Source of the DNA: Nitrospirae bacterium MYbin3
GTDB lineage: Bacteria; Nitrospirota; Thermodesulfovibrionia; Thermodesulfovibrionales; Dissulfurispiraceae
Assembly: GCA_002753335.1 (NCBI GenBank)
Contig: PEAD01000017.1
Span: 1-62,142, forward strand
Reading direction: 5' to 3'
Length of the DNA stretch: 62,142 bases
Position 1 is the first letter of the stretch, and each line of letters begins with the position of its first letter. The notes under the pieces are model-generated. The model was not told the DNA's origin. It did not search any database and saw only the letters and a list, made by a program, of their open reading frames with translations. A program made the translations under genes and the position numbers. Positions 48,757-58,427 of this stretch are shown here, in pieces.

Positions 48757-50652
48757 CTATTGCGTGTAAACTTCGCGGAATTTCTTGCCGTACATCTTGG
48801 TTTCTATACGGTCGTCGCAGATCACAACCCTGCCGCTGTCGGTTTTAGACCGGATAAGCCTGCCGAAGCCCTGCTTGAACTTTAGCACAGCCTTAGGCAG
48901 GGAATATTCATAAAAAGAGTTGCCGCCCTGTTTTTCTATCTCTTCTGTCCTCGCCTTTACTATCGGCTCTGTCGGCACCTCAAAGGGCAACTTGGTGATT
49001 ACTATGCATTTCAGCGCGTCGCCCTTCACATCAACGCCTTCCCAAAACGAGTCGAGACCGAACAAAACGGTATTTGTCGAATCCCTCATTATCTCTAGTA
49101 TCGTGCTGTTGGGCAGCTCTCCCTGCATCATAGGGTTAAGCCCCATCGAGCTGAGCTCCTCTATCGAGCGCTCCCATGTCCTGTTCATGACATCGCGCGA
49201 GGTGAACAGTGCTAGCAGCCCGCCGTCTTTTCTTGAGGCCTCTGCAATTATTGCTTCTGCAAGTTTTTCTGCAGAGGCGGCCTCTTTATGGTCTATGCCG
49301 CGAAAAATTTTTACCTCTATCATATTTTTCAGGTCGAACGGGGAGGCAAGAGACAGCGTGGCGGTATCATCAAAGCCTAGCAGGTTTTTTATGAATCCAA
49401 AATCTCCTGACACCGACAGTGTGGCTGATGTGAGGAGTACGGTGTTGAAATCTGGCCTGAGGCTTTGCCTCACGAAATCACGCGGATAAACCGGCGACAT
49501 GCGGAGCGCGGTGCGACGCTCCTCTATTTCTGCCCATCTGACATAGTTGTCGTTCTCATCTATCGCGCCTTCCGCAAACGCCTTCAATCCTTCAGCAAAG
49601 GCATGGAGCTTTATAAGGGCTGCCCTCATTTCGAGTTCATCGTCTTCATGAAAAAGGCCGAGCGTGGAGGTCTTTATCTTGCCGGATGCCGATAATATTG
49701 AATCCGCAAGGGCCAATGCAAAATCATTAAGGCTGAATTTGCCCTTTATAGCAGTTCTGTGCTGAAGCCTGTTTTTTGCAGAGACCCAGAAGAGGGACAG
49801 CTCGCTGCGCAGCGCTTCTATAACAGGAAACAGGTCGGGTGATTGGGAAAGGATCCCTTTGTATAGTCCGCGTTCATCAGTGCGCAAAAAACGGTTGAGC
49901 GACCGCTCAAAGCCTTTCTGAGAAAGTGTTATCCCTGCCACTTCTGACAGCACACCATCCAGCGCGTGCGCTTCATCAAGTATGAGAGCTTCTGCCTGCG
50001 GCAGTATCTTGGAATCGGCATGGAACATAGCATTTATGCCGACTAGGGCGTGGTTTGCGACCACTATCTGGGCTTCTTCCCAACGGCTGCGGGCAAAATA
50101 GTAGAAGCATTTTTTGTAGAAGGCGCATCTGTTTGCTTTGCAGGCATCGGCGTCCGAAGAAACACGCTCCCATAAAAGGCTTCTGCGCGCCTCATAATCT
50201 TCTGCGTCGCCGGTCTTGGTCTCTGAGGACCAGCGCACCAGAAGCCTGTATTCTTCGGCTTCCTGAGGGTCCTCGGTTCTGAAGGCATTCAGGCGCCTTA
50301 TGCATAGGTAGTTGGAGCGGCCTTTTGCTATCGCATAGGTGAACGGCTTAATCTTCGAAAGGAAGGCGAGATCCTTGGATGCTATCTGCTCCTGCAGATT
50401 GATCGTTCGTGTAGAAACTATAGCCTTTACCCCGGATAAGATAATCGGGATGAGATAGGCAAAAGTTTTGCCTGTGCCTGTTCCTGCCTCGACAAGCAGA
50501 GAGCCTCCATTTTCGATCGTCTTCGCGCATGCCGTCAGCATAGAAACCTGAGGATCTCTTACTTCATAATCTGGCATGGCCGAGGCAACCTCTTTACGCA
50601 GAAATGCAGAGGCGATGCCAGAAAGGCTGTTTGGTGATTTATTTGTATTCAT
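48757..50652 (-). CDS. DinG/YoaA-family Fe-S DNA helicase
   Basis: EAGTGTGKT, KGRSNYLC, DAC..C...C, DEAH, TSAT, FWEGVD, QGFGRLIR; start uncertain. Confidence 0.93.
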   Translation of the reverse strand: MNTNKSPNSLSGIASAFLRKEVASAMPDYEVRDPQVSMLTACAKTIENGGSLLVEAGTGTGKTFAYLIPIILSGVKAIVSTRTINLQEQIASKDLAFLSKIKPFTYAIAKGRSNYLCIRRLNAFRTEDPQEAEEYRLLVRWSSETKTGDAEDYEARRSLLWERVSSDADACKANRCAFYKKCFYYFARSRWEEAQIVVANHALVGINAMFHADSKILPQAEALILDEAHALDGVLSEVAGITLSQKGFERSLNRFLRTDERGLYKGILSQSPDLFPVIEALRSELSLFWVSAKNRLQHRTAIKGKFSLNDFALALADSILSASGKIKTSTLGLFHEDDELEMRAALIKLHAFAEGLKAFAEGAIDENDNYVRWAEIEERRTALRMSPVYPRDFVRQSLRPDFNTVLLTSATLSVSGDFGFIKNLLGFDDTATLSLASPFDLKNMIEVKIFRGIDHKEAASAEKLAEAIIAEASRKDGGLLALFTSRDVMNRTWERSIEELSSMGLNPMMQGELPNSTILEIMRDSTNTVLFGLDSFWEGVDVKGDALKCIVITKLPFEVPTEPIVKARTEEIEKQGGNSFYEYSLPKAVLKFKQGFGRLIRSKTDSGRVVICDDRIETKMYGKKFREVYTQ

Positions 50653-50729
50653 TTCTAAGCGGTTTACGTTAGCCTTATTTAGTGCTATATTTATCTTACA
50701 GAAGCCGTTCAATTAATTTCATTCAAACT

Positions 50730-52130
50730 ATGCTGAGCCACAACAAAAAATATGACGTTGTTATCGTGGGTGCAGGGCCTGCCGGAATTTTTGCGACACT
50801 CGAGCTGCTGAACGCAAAAAAAGATCTGCGCATCCTGATTGTGGAAAGAGGCAGCGATATAAATGAGCGGCACTGCCCTATGGTGAGCAAAGGCATTAAC
50901 TGCGCCTCATGCGCCGAGTGCAATGTAGTGAGCGGATGGGGAGGAGCTGGCGCTTACAGCGACGGCAAGCTCACTCTTTCCCACGAGATCGGAGGATTCC
51001 TTTCGAGGTATGTTGATGCAGCTGCACTGCAGTCACTTATCAATTATGTGGATGATGTATATGTGCGGTACGGGGCTCCGGGCGAAGTTTACGGCGGCGA
51101 TGAGGCCCAGATTTCGGGGATAAAAGCTTTATGCGCGCGCAATGAACTCACCTTCATGCCTTCTAAGATACGCCATATAGGCACCGACAGATGCAGAGAA
51201 GTCCTGAGAAAGATGAGGGAGTCGATAAACGGCAGAGCCGATACGGTTTTCTGCATTTCGGCCGAAAGTATAATTTCGGAAGACCAAAAGGTTAAGGGAG
51301 TAAGGCTTGACGATGGAACCGAGGTGTCTGCCGAGTATGTGATACTCGCGCCCGGCCGGGCTTCAGCAAAATGGCTCGAATCAGAGGCGCGAAGGCTGAA
51401 GCTTGAGCTGCTCAAAAATCCGGTGGACATAGGGGTAAGGGTAGAGGTGCCTGCGTCGGTCCTGGAGCCGCTCACAGCAATAACCTACGAGCCTAAGCTG
51501 ATTTTTTATTCGAAAAAATTCGACGACAGGGTCAGGACATTCTGTGTGAATCCTTACGGTGAAGTTGTAAAGGAACATCTAAGCGATATCTGGACCGTCA
51601 ATGGCCACAGCTATGCTGGCAAGCGCACAGACAACACTAATTTTGCGATACTGGTGAGCACTTTTTTTACCGAGCCTTTTGACGAGCCGATATCCTACGG
51701 CATGTATATAGCCCGGCTTGCGAACTTTATAGGCGGAGGCGTTATTGTCCAGAGGCTCGGGGATTTGCTTAAGGGCAGGCGTTCGACTCCCGAAAGAATC
51801 TCAAAAGGCATAGTATCACCGACGCTTAAGGATGCAACTCCGGGAGACCTGAGCTTTGTTCTCCCTTACAGGTATCTGGCAAATATAAAAGAGATGCTTA
51901 ACGCTCTCGACCGAATAGCCCCCGGTATAAATTCTGACCACACGCTGCTTTACGGGGTTGAGGTGAAATTTTATTCAAGGCAGGTCAAGCTTAATCAATC
52001 CTTGGAGACCGCTATCGAAAACCTTTTTGCGATAGGCGATGGCGCGGGTGTGAGCAGGGGGCTTATACAGGCTTCTGCCTCCGGCGTTATCGCTGCACGG
52101 GAGATATTGAGGCGCAGTGGAGGATCTTAA
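50730..52130 (+). CDS. FAD-dependent oxidoreductase (uncharacterised family)
   Basis: GAGPAG, GWGGAGAYSDGKL, HIGTD, DIGVRVE, GDGAGVSRG. Confidence 0.9.
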   Translation: MLSHNKKYDVVIVGAGPAGIFATLELLNAKKDLRILIVERGSDINERHCPMVSKGINCASCAECNVVSGWGGAGAYSDGKLTLSHEIGGFLSRYVDAAALQSLINYVDDVYVRYGAPGEVYGGDEAQISGIKALCARNELTFMPSKIRHIGTDRCREVLRKMRESINGRADTVFCISAESIISEDQKVKGVRLDDGTEVSAEYVILAPGRASAKWLESEARRLKLELLKNPVDIGVRVEVPASVLEPLTAITYEPKLIFYSKKFDDRVRTFCVNPYGEVVKEHLSDIWTVNGHSYAGKRTDNTNFAILVSTFFTEPFDEPISYGMYIARLANFIGGGVIVQRLGDLLKGRRSTPERISKGIVSPTLKDATPGDLSFVLPYRYLANIKEMLNALDRIAPGINSDHTLLYGVEVKFYSRQVKLNQSLETAIENLFAIGDGAGVSRGLIQASASGVIAAREILRRSGGS

Positions 52131-52764
52131 GCGGCTTCGCAACATGATGGTTGATGCACAGCTCATTCCGCGGGGGATTTCTGACTCACGTGTTCTCGAA
52201 GCTATGCGCAATGTCCCGCGCCATCTTTTTGTGCCGGAATCTATGAAAGACAGCGCTTATGCTGATATGGCAATGGCAATCGGAGAGAATCAGACCATAT
52301 CCCAGCCCTACATGGTGGCGATAATGACCGAGCTTCTAGGACTTGCAGGCGATGAAAAGGTTCTCGAAATCGGTACCGGCTCCGGCTATCAGGCGGCGTT
52401 GCTTGCGGCGCTAGCTAAAGAGGTTCATACAATAGAGAGGATAGCGGCCTTGTCCGAGAGGGCTGCGGACAAATTCAGGGAATTGGGGATCGAAAATATA
52501 TCCACACATATAGGCGACGGCACATTAGGGTTGGCCGAATATGCGCCTTTTGACCGTATAATAATAACCGCTGCAACGCCGGAGATTCCTGCTCCGCTTT
52601 TAGGACAGCTGAAGGATGGCGGTTTTATAGTTGTTCCTGTAGGAGAAAGGTTTTCCCAGACGCTGATCAAGGGAACAAAGACGGACAAGATGCTTTTAAA
52701 AGAGTATCACACCGCCTGCGTATTCGTGCCGCTGATAGGCGAGTTCGGATGGAAAGGGCAGTAA
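52117..52764 (+). CDS. pcm: Protein-L-isoaspartate O-methyltransferase
   Basis: QTISQP, VLEIGTGSGYQAA, APFDRII, FVPL. Confidence 0.96.
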   Translation: MEDLKRLRNMMVDAQLIPRGISDSRVLEAMRNVPRHLFVPESMKDSAYADMAMAIGENQTISQPYMVAIMTELLGLAGDEKVLEIGTGSGYQAALLAALAKEVHTIERIAALSERAADKFRELGIENISTHIGDGTLGLAEYAPFDRIIITAATPEIPAPLLGQLKDGGFIVVPVGERFSQTLIKGTKTDKMLLKEYHTACVFVPLIGEFGWKGQ

Positions 52765-52789
52765 ATATAAATATCAGGAGGAGTTGGTT

Positions 52790-53179
52790 ATGACAAAATT
52801 TTTGTGGTCGTTGTTTTTCGTAGCCGCATTTTTTTCTATATCTGCGGCGCAGGAATTTAAAAATCTATCGGTCGATGAAATCAAGAAAATGATAGATGCA
52901 AAAACCAAGTTTGTGCTTTTGGATGTGCGTGAACTGCAGGAGTACCGGCAGGGGCATATCCCTACAGCGATAAATGTGCCTCCGTCAAAATACAAAGAGA
53001 TAGAAACATTTTTACCTAAGGCCAAAAATACCCTTGTGGTTATTTACTGTAGAGGATATGGCTGAGGGCTTACAAAACAAGCGGCGTTCGCCGCTTTACA
53101 GGCAGGCTACACCAACGTGAAAACATTTCAGGCCGGATACCCCGAATGGGTTTCTCTCGGCTACAAAATTGCGCAATAA
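52790..53179 (+). CDS. Exported rhodanese-domain protein, probable selenoprotein (Sec at TGA 53063-53065), 129 aa
   Basis: AGGAGGAG RBS; signal peptide; LLDVR..EY..GHIP.A; YCRGYG-TGA then in frame GLTKQAAFAALQAGYTNVKTFQAGYPEWVSLGYKIAQ-TAA, which completes the fold. Confidence 0.88.
53079..53096 (+). promoter_or_regulatory. Bacterial SECIS-like hairpin
   Basis: AAGCGGC-GTTC-GCCGCTT: 7-bp stem; loop starts with G and is separated from the UGA by 20 nt. Confidence 0.75.
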
Positions 53180-53187
53180 TGCAGACC

Positions 53188-54000
53188 CTACTTTGAATCG
53201 GCTAACTCTACCGGATTATGAGGCTTGGATCTCAGTAAGCCTGCCAGATAGGCGTCTGTAAGGGGGTAAGACAGGTTATTGTCTAGTGTGAAGAACACCA
53301 TGGTATCGAAGTTCGAGCTGCCTTTAAGATCTACCCTCTTCACCTTTTTTTCGTTTGGCTCAGAAACCACTCTTTGAGTTCCTGCTGCAAAAAAATGCTG
53401 AAAGCTGCCAACCAGAGCAGCACATAGTTTCACGTCGAAGTAGTAGTCAGCGCCGTGCATATAAGAGCTTCTGTTTAATGAAACATCCTTGAGCGGTCTT
53501 GTGATGCGCTCTTCCACTGAGATGTGCGGGGCTGCTTTGAAATAAGCCCTGTGAAGCGTAATTCCCTCTCTGCCGATTCAAGTAAAAGAGTGGATTACAG
53601 TAAGCGCTCCGATACTGCTTTGGGCCTCAAAGCTCTCCCGGGTGCGCTGATGGATAAAGAGGCTGCTTTTCACCCTCTCCTCGATGATTTTCGTTTGAGT
53701 TTCTTCGGGTTTGAATTCAGGTTCAGCATTGGGTATCAGTGCAATAAGAGAAGATATTTTTTCCTCAGAAAGATTGGTGGAATCCGAAAATCTTTTTTCT
53801 GTTCTGTTTGCACTAAACACCGAAGAACCTTGCTCTTTGTCTAGCGGCTCAGGCTGCAGTCTGTCGGCAACGTCAGGCATCAAGCTGCGATGTCCCCGAC
53901 TTACAAAAAAGAGCGTATTGAAGATCAGGAAAATGATTACCGAAGTTGAAAGCACCACGCCTGCTGCGATCCAGAATTTATTTTTGTCTTTTCCCTGCAT
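53188..54000 (-). CDS. Hypothetical membrane-anchored protein, 270 aa if the single in-frame TGA (53580-53578) is read through; otherwise a nonsense pseudogene
   Basis: ORFs 53578-54000 and 53188-53517 share a frame and are joined by 20 open codons (IGREGITLHRAYFKAAPHIS); TATAAT lies 6 nt before the ATG. Confidence 0.65.
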
Positions 54001-54033
54001 AGCGGTATTATAACGAAAAGCGTAAAAAGTAGT

Positions 54034-56124
54034 TTATGCGGTTTTAAAAAGCTCTATTTTGCTTCCCCAGAAGCCTTCGATAGAGCTTCTAAGAGCAGGG
54101 AAACCGATGAGCGCAGGATCGTTTTCGATCAAGGTGAAAGCCTCTTTGCGAGCGGGTTCCAGCAAGACACCATCCCTTAAAAGATTAGCCACCTTGAGGT
54201 CAGGAATGCCGGACTGTTTTGTTCCGAAAAACTCTCCGGGTCCCCGTATCTCGAGGTCCTCCTCCGCTATCTTGAAGCCGTCCGATGTTTTTACCATGAC
54301 ATCAAGCCTTCTCTTGGAATCTTCACCGTAGCCGTAGCAGAGCAGCACGCAGAAAGACTGCTCTCCCCCTCTGCCTACGCGGCCGCGCAGTTGGTGAAGC
54401 TGAGAGAGTCCGAACCTTTCTGCATGTATGATGACCATAAGCGTTGCATTAGGCACATCAACACCAACCTCGATAACAGTGGTAGAAACAAGAATATTTA
54501 TAACGCCTTCTTTAAAGCGCCGCATTATATCTTCTCGTTCAGCGGTCTTCATTCGGCCGTGAATCAGTCCCACAGTGATTTTAGGAAACATCTTCTGAAG
54601 CACCTCCGAGCCCGTAATTGCGGCTTTCAGGGTTGTTTTTTCGGAATCCTCTATAACAGGATAAACCACATAAGCCTGGCCGCCCTTCTTTACTTCATCC
54701 TCAAGCATGCGATATATCCGCTCTTTTTGGCTTTCGTACAAAAGCTTCGTTATTATAGGCGTACGGTTGGGGGGCAGCTCGTCAATAACAGAATAGTCGA
54801 GGTCTCCGTAAAGCGTCATGGCAAGTGTTCTTGGGATCGGCGTAGCGGTCATGATGAGGGTATCAGGATTGAGGCCTTTCTTTCTAAGACTCGCACGCTG
54901 CATAACTCCGAAGCGATGCTGTTCGTCTATAACAATGAGGCCTAGTTTGGCAAAGACTACGCTTTCCTGTATCAAGGCATGTGTGCCCACCACAATATTC
55001 GTCTGGCCGGAAGCAATAGCTTCGTATTCCTTGTTCTTGCGGCTGCCGGTCAACAGATGAATTCTAAGCCCCAGTTCTTCGACAAGCCTGTGTATGTTGA
55101 GATAGTGCTGCTCGGCTAATATTTCGGTAGGCGCCATGATAACCGCCTGATAACCGCACTCTACTGCAGAAAGCATGGATATAAGGGCCACTATGGTTTT
55201 GCCTGAGCCCACATCGCCCTGCAAAAGTCTGTGCATAGGAGAAGAAGATCTCATGTCCGAGAGGATTTCTTTAACCACTCGCTGCTGTGCGCCGGTGAGC
55301 GTGTAAGGAAGTTTGTTAATGAGCTTAGACGCAAGCCTTCCGTCAGGGGCAAAGGTTATTCCCTTCTCGGAAGCCTCGTCCTTTTTTATCAGGGCAAGTC
55401 CCAACTGAAGAGTAAACAGCTCATCAAACGCAAGCCGTCTGTGATAATTTGTTACGCCTCTGTTCAGATCCTCAACCGGAATCTCGGGTTTGGGGAAATG
55501 GACATTCATAAGGCTCTCGGCGATGTTTGGAAACCGGTATCTCGAAACTATTTCATTCGGCATAAAATCAGGAACAGCAGCGGAGTATTGCGATACAACA
55601 GCATTCATGATATTTCTGAACTGACGCTGGCTCAATCCTTCTGTCGAATGATATATAGGAACGATCCTTCCTGTGTGTGTTGCTGAAACACCGCCGTCGC
55701 CTTCGTCTTCAACCGCAAGCTCATAATCAGGATTCTGAAGTTCAACCCCGGCGCCTCTGAACCCGGCCTTTATCGGTCCGTAAAAAATAACATCTATACC
55801 GGGCTTAAAATTCTTTTTCAGATACGGCTGGTTGAACCATTTGGCTTTGAGCAAGGCGCTTCCATCCGATATTATGACTTCCAATATCTTTAAGCGAGGG
55901 TTTATGGATATTACATCAGCCTTGAGTATTCTACCCGAAACAGTAACCAGTTCATCCGGACGGAGAAGCGCTATCTTTTTGAAGACCCGGCGGTCTTCAT
56001 ATCGATAAGGCAGATAAAAAAGGGCATCCCTTAGGTTTTTGATGCCGATGCGACCGAGAAGGGAAGCCCTGTGGGGACCCACCCCCTTGATATACTGTAT
56101 GGGAGCGTTGAGGTCCTTTTCCAT
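54034..56124 (-). CDS. recG: ATP-dependent DNA helicase RecG
   Basis: QGDVGSGKT, APTEILAEQH, DEQHRFGV, TATPIPRT, QLHQLRGRVGRG, DLEIRGPGE. Confidence 0.98.
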   Translation of the reverse strand: MEKDLNAPIQYIKGVGPHRASLLGRIGIKNLRDALFYLPYRYEDRRVFKKIALLRPDELVTVSGRILKADVISINPRLKILEVIISDGSALLKAKWFNQPYLKKNFKPGIDVIFYGPIKAGFRGAGVELQNPDYELAVEDEGDGGVSATHTGRIVPIYHSTEGLSQRQFRNIMNAVVSQYSAAVPDFMPNEIVSRYRFPNIAESLMNVHFPKPEIPVEDLNRGVTNYHRRLAFDELFTLQLGLALIKKDEASEKGITFAPDGRLASKLINKLPYTLTGAQQRVVKEILSDMRSSSPMHRLLQGDVGSGKTIVALISMLSAVECGYQAVIMAPTEILAEQHYLNIHRLVEELGLRIHLLTGSRKNKEYEAIASGQTNIVVGTHALIQESVVFAKLGLIVIDEQHRFGVMQRASLRKKGLNPDTLIMTATPIPRTLAMTLYGDLDYSVIDELPPNRTPIITKLLYESQKERIYRMLEDEVKKGGQAYVVYPVIEDSEKTTLKAAITGSEVLQKMFPKITVGLIHGRMKTAEREDIMRRFKEGVINILVSTTVIEVGVDVPNATLMVIIHAERFGLSQLHQLRGRVGRGGEQSFCVLLCYGYGEDSKRRLDVMVKTSDGFKIAEEDLEIRGPGEFFGTKQSGIPDLKVANLLRDGVLLEPARKEAFTLIENDPALIGFPALRSSIEGFWGSKIELFKTA

Positions 56125-56138
56125 TTTATATTTTTAAA

Positions 56139-57281
56139 CTATTCTTTATTTTCGTTTTCTTCTTCTTCTTTTTCTTCCTCTGCAACTTTGTTCCTGAAGT
56201 TTCTGACCGCATCATCGAGTGATTTTTCGGTCTCCTCCAGCTTGACCTTGGAGTACTCGGTTTCGCTAAGAATATCTATCTCCCAGCCGGTCAGTTTGGT
56301 CGCAAGTTTTATGTTCTGGCCGCGCTTGCCTATCGCAAGAGATCTTTGTTGGTCCTCCGCAATAACCATTGCGGTCTTCCCCTCTTCGCTTACACCCACC
56401 CTGTCAACGGTTGCAGGAGTAAGAGCCCGTGCTATGAATATCCTAGGGTCATCGCTCCATGGAATTATGTCTATTCTCTCGCCCCTGAGCTCTCTTACTA
56501 TCGACTGCACCCGTGTGCCTTTCATGCCAACGCAGGCGCCAACAGGATCAACCGATGTATCCTTAGAAATTACGGCGATCTTGGTCCTTTCTCCCGGCTC
56601 CCTTGCAACATCCTTTATTATTACGACTCCGTCGGCGATCTCAGGAACCTCCATCTCGAAAAGCTTGGTGACAAAACGCGGCTCGGTCCGCGAGAGTATT
56701 ATTGCAGGGCCTCGCGGCGACTGCCTTACCTCGGCAAGATATGCCTTTATTATATCGCCACGCTTAAGAGTTTCCCGGGGCAGCGTATCTCGCTGCGAAA
56801 GCATCGCTTCTGTTTTTCCGATATGGATAAAATAAAGTCCTTTTTCTTTTCTCAGTACCGTACCGCTTACGATCTGTCCGACCCTGTCTTTGTACTCCTC
56901 AAAAATTATGTCTCTCTCATGCTCTCTCACACGCTGAAAGATAACCTGTTTGACCTTCTGTGAATCTATCCTGCCGAAATCAAGCAGCGAAATAGGCAGG
57001 TCAATTGTATCTCCAAGCTTCAAGCGCGGATCATCTTTTAGTGCTTCCTCAAGAGATATCTCCTCGTCCTTGTTGACCGGCTTTTCTACTACAGTCTTGG
57101 TTTCATAAACCTTGATCTCGCAATTTTTCGGCTCTATGTGGAGGTTTACATTTTCCCTTCCTCCAAACTTTGCCCTAGCAGCAGACAGAAGAACGTTTTC
57201 AAGCAGCTTCAGAAGAGACTCTTTCGGAATGCCTTTTTCTCTGCTTAGCTGGTCTATAACCATGCATAATTCTTTAGCCAT
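56139..57281 (-). CDS. nusA: Transcription factor NusA (no AR1/AR2 domains)
   Basis: FGRI..Q..KQVI.Q, EVPEI, AREPGERTKIAV, GACVG, AIGKRGQN. Confidence 0.97.
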   Translation of the reverse strand: MAKELCMVIDQLSREKGIPKESLLKLLENVLLSAARAKFGGRENVNLHIEPKNCEIKVYETKTVVEKPVNKDEEISLEEALKDDPRLKLGDTIDLPISLLDFGRIDSQKVKQVIFQRVREHERDIIFEEYKDRVGQIVSGTVLRKEKGLYFIHIGKTEAMLSQRDTLPRETLKRGDIIKAYLAEVRQSPRGPAIILSRTEPRFVTKLFEMEVPEIADGVVIIKDVAREPGERTKIAVISKDTSVDPVGACVGMKGTRVQSIVRELRGERIDIIPWSDDPRIFIARALTPATVDRVGVSEEGKTAMVIAEDQQRSLAIGKRGQNIKLATKLTGWEIDILSETEYSKVKLEETEKSLDDAVRNFRNKVAEEEKEEEENENKE

Positions 57282-57299
57282 ATCATCTTCTCCTTTATA

Positions 57300-57848
57300 T
57301 CATAACGGCATGCTGCCGGAATCAGCCTTTTCTGGCCGCCCTATCTCTATTTCAAGCTTCGCCTTCGAAATAAGGTCAAACGGAATGAATATATCATCCT
57401 TCCCATCAGATGGTTTAGAAATCTTTTTCGCATGAGGTTTCTGAGCGCTGGACTTCTCGGGCCTAAGCCTTACCCAGCCTTCACCTACATCCACAAGCCT
57501 GCCGAAAAAAAATGTCTGCCCGTTTAATGGCTCTTTTGTTACGACCCTTGCGAGCCTGCCTATGTTCTTTTCAAAATCTTTAGGCTTAATCAAAGGCCTG
57601 TCAATGCCGGGTGATGAGACCTCAAGCATATAAGAGGAGCTTATAGCATCTTCAACATCAAGCAAAGCCTCCAACGACCGGCTCATACGCTCGCAGTCCT
57701 CTATCGCAACCCCATCGGGCTCTCTGTCTATAATCACCCTTACGAGCATCCTTCCCTTGCCGGACACGATTATATCCACCAACTCTAGACCCTCTGCTTC
57801 GGCAGCCTGAGAAGCAAGCCCGTATATCTTTTGTTTTGTATCCAACAT
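57300..57848 (-). CDS. rimP: Ribosome maturation factor RimP
   Basis: EDCE..SR.L...LD, YMLEVSSPGIDRPL. Confidence 0.96.
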   Translation of the reverse strand: MLDTKQKIYGLASQAAEAEGLELVDIIVSGKGRMLVRVIIDREPDGVAIEDCERMSRSLEALLDVEDAISSSYMLEVSSPGIDRPLIKPKDFEKNIGRLARVVTKEPLNGQTFFFGRLVDVGEGWVRLRPEKSSAQKPHAKKISKPSDGKDDIFIPFDLISKAKLEIEIGRPEKADSGSMPL

Positions 57849-57865
57849 TTCTATGCCTTCCTGTA

Positions 57866-57895
57866 CAAAATAAAAGAGTGGGATGGCCCACTCTT
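57866..57895 (-). promoter_or_regulatory. rimP leader hairpin/attenuator
   Basis: AAGAGTGGG-CCAT-CCCACTCTT followed by TTATTTT, just upstream of rimP; matches the widely conserved rimP-leader hairpin. Confidence 0.75.
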
Positions 57896-57946
57896 AAATA
57901 AAAAAACACTGCACGATGATTAAAAATATAACAATTTCAGGCTTTA

Positions 57947-57993
57947 AAAAGCAACAAGGTCGGAACCGTATTTGCGATTCCGACCTTGTTTTT
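57947..57993 (-). terminator. Intrinsic terminator after the small lipoprotein gene
   Basis: 13-bp perfect IR AACAAGGTCGGAA/TTCCGACCTTGTT with T runs on both strands. Confidence 0.7.
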
Positions 57994-58000
57994 GTCCAAA

Positions 58001-58225
58001 TTACTTCTTGTCTGCTGGTTTTGCTTCTGCTGGCTTCTGCTCTGCAGGTTTCTGGTCTGCAGGCTTCTGCTCTGCGCCCGGTGCTGGAGCTGGTGCAGGC
58101 GCCGGAGCTGGTGCAGGTGCCGGAGCCGGTGCAGGCTTCGGTTCCTCAGCAGGCTTACAGCCGACTGTAAATGTGAATGCTACGAGTAGCATTGCTGACA
58201 GTACGAGTGCGAGTGCCTTCTTCAT
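58001..58225 (-). CDS. Small Pro/Ala-rich lipoprotein
   Basis: AAGGAGGTG RBS, lipobox TVGC, about 10 PA repeats and (E/D)QKPA repeats with varied synonymous codons. Confidence 0.85.
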   Translation of the reverse strand: MKKALALVLSAMLLVAFTFTVGCKPAEEPKPAPAPAPAPAPAPAPAPAPGAEQKPADQKPAEQKPAEAKPADKK

Positions 58226-58284
58226 TATTGAATCACCTCCTTAGTATGGAATTGCCGAAATCTTGGCTATAAACTTCAATGGAC

Positions 58285-58314
58285 ATTATGAACCGTTGCC
58301 TTTAGGCTTGTCAA
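58285..58314 (-). promoter_or_regulatory. Sigma-70 promoter of the lipoprotein gene
   Basis: TTGACA, 18 nt, CATAAT. Confidence 0.6.
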
Positions 58315-58329
58315 GAAAAAATTAATTCA

Positions 58330-58359
58330 TTGACTATTTGCATTAATACCTGTTATTGT
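58330..58359 (+). promoter_or_regulatory. Sigma-70 promoter of the csp gene
   Basis: TTGACT, 18 nt, TATTGT with extended TG. Confidence 0.55.
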
Positions 58360-58391
58360 TAACACAGAGTTTCAGAGTTTTTATGTCTCTT

Positions 58392-58427
58392 AAGGCCACA
58401 AAGACTTTTAGCTTGGTGGCCTTTTTT
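58392..58427 (+). terminator. Terminator-like hairpin within the csp leader
   Basis: AAGGCCAC...GTGGCCTT followed by a T run. Confidence 0.6.

Noticed and set aside
52790..54000. Genome-wide UGA reassignment (code 4/25) as the explanation of the two in-frame UGAs
   Set aside because: Many full-length genes here end in TGA (panC, hgcA, glgC, yeeE, rimP), some with coupled ATGA/GTGA starts.
58010..58140. GC-rich tandem repeats as a possible CRISPR or VNTR element
   Set aside because: Explained by Pro-Ala coding repeats; no spacers.
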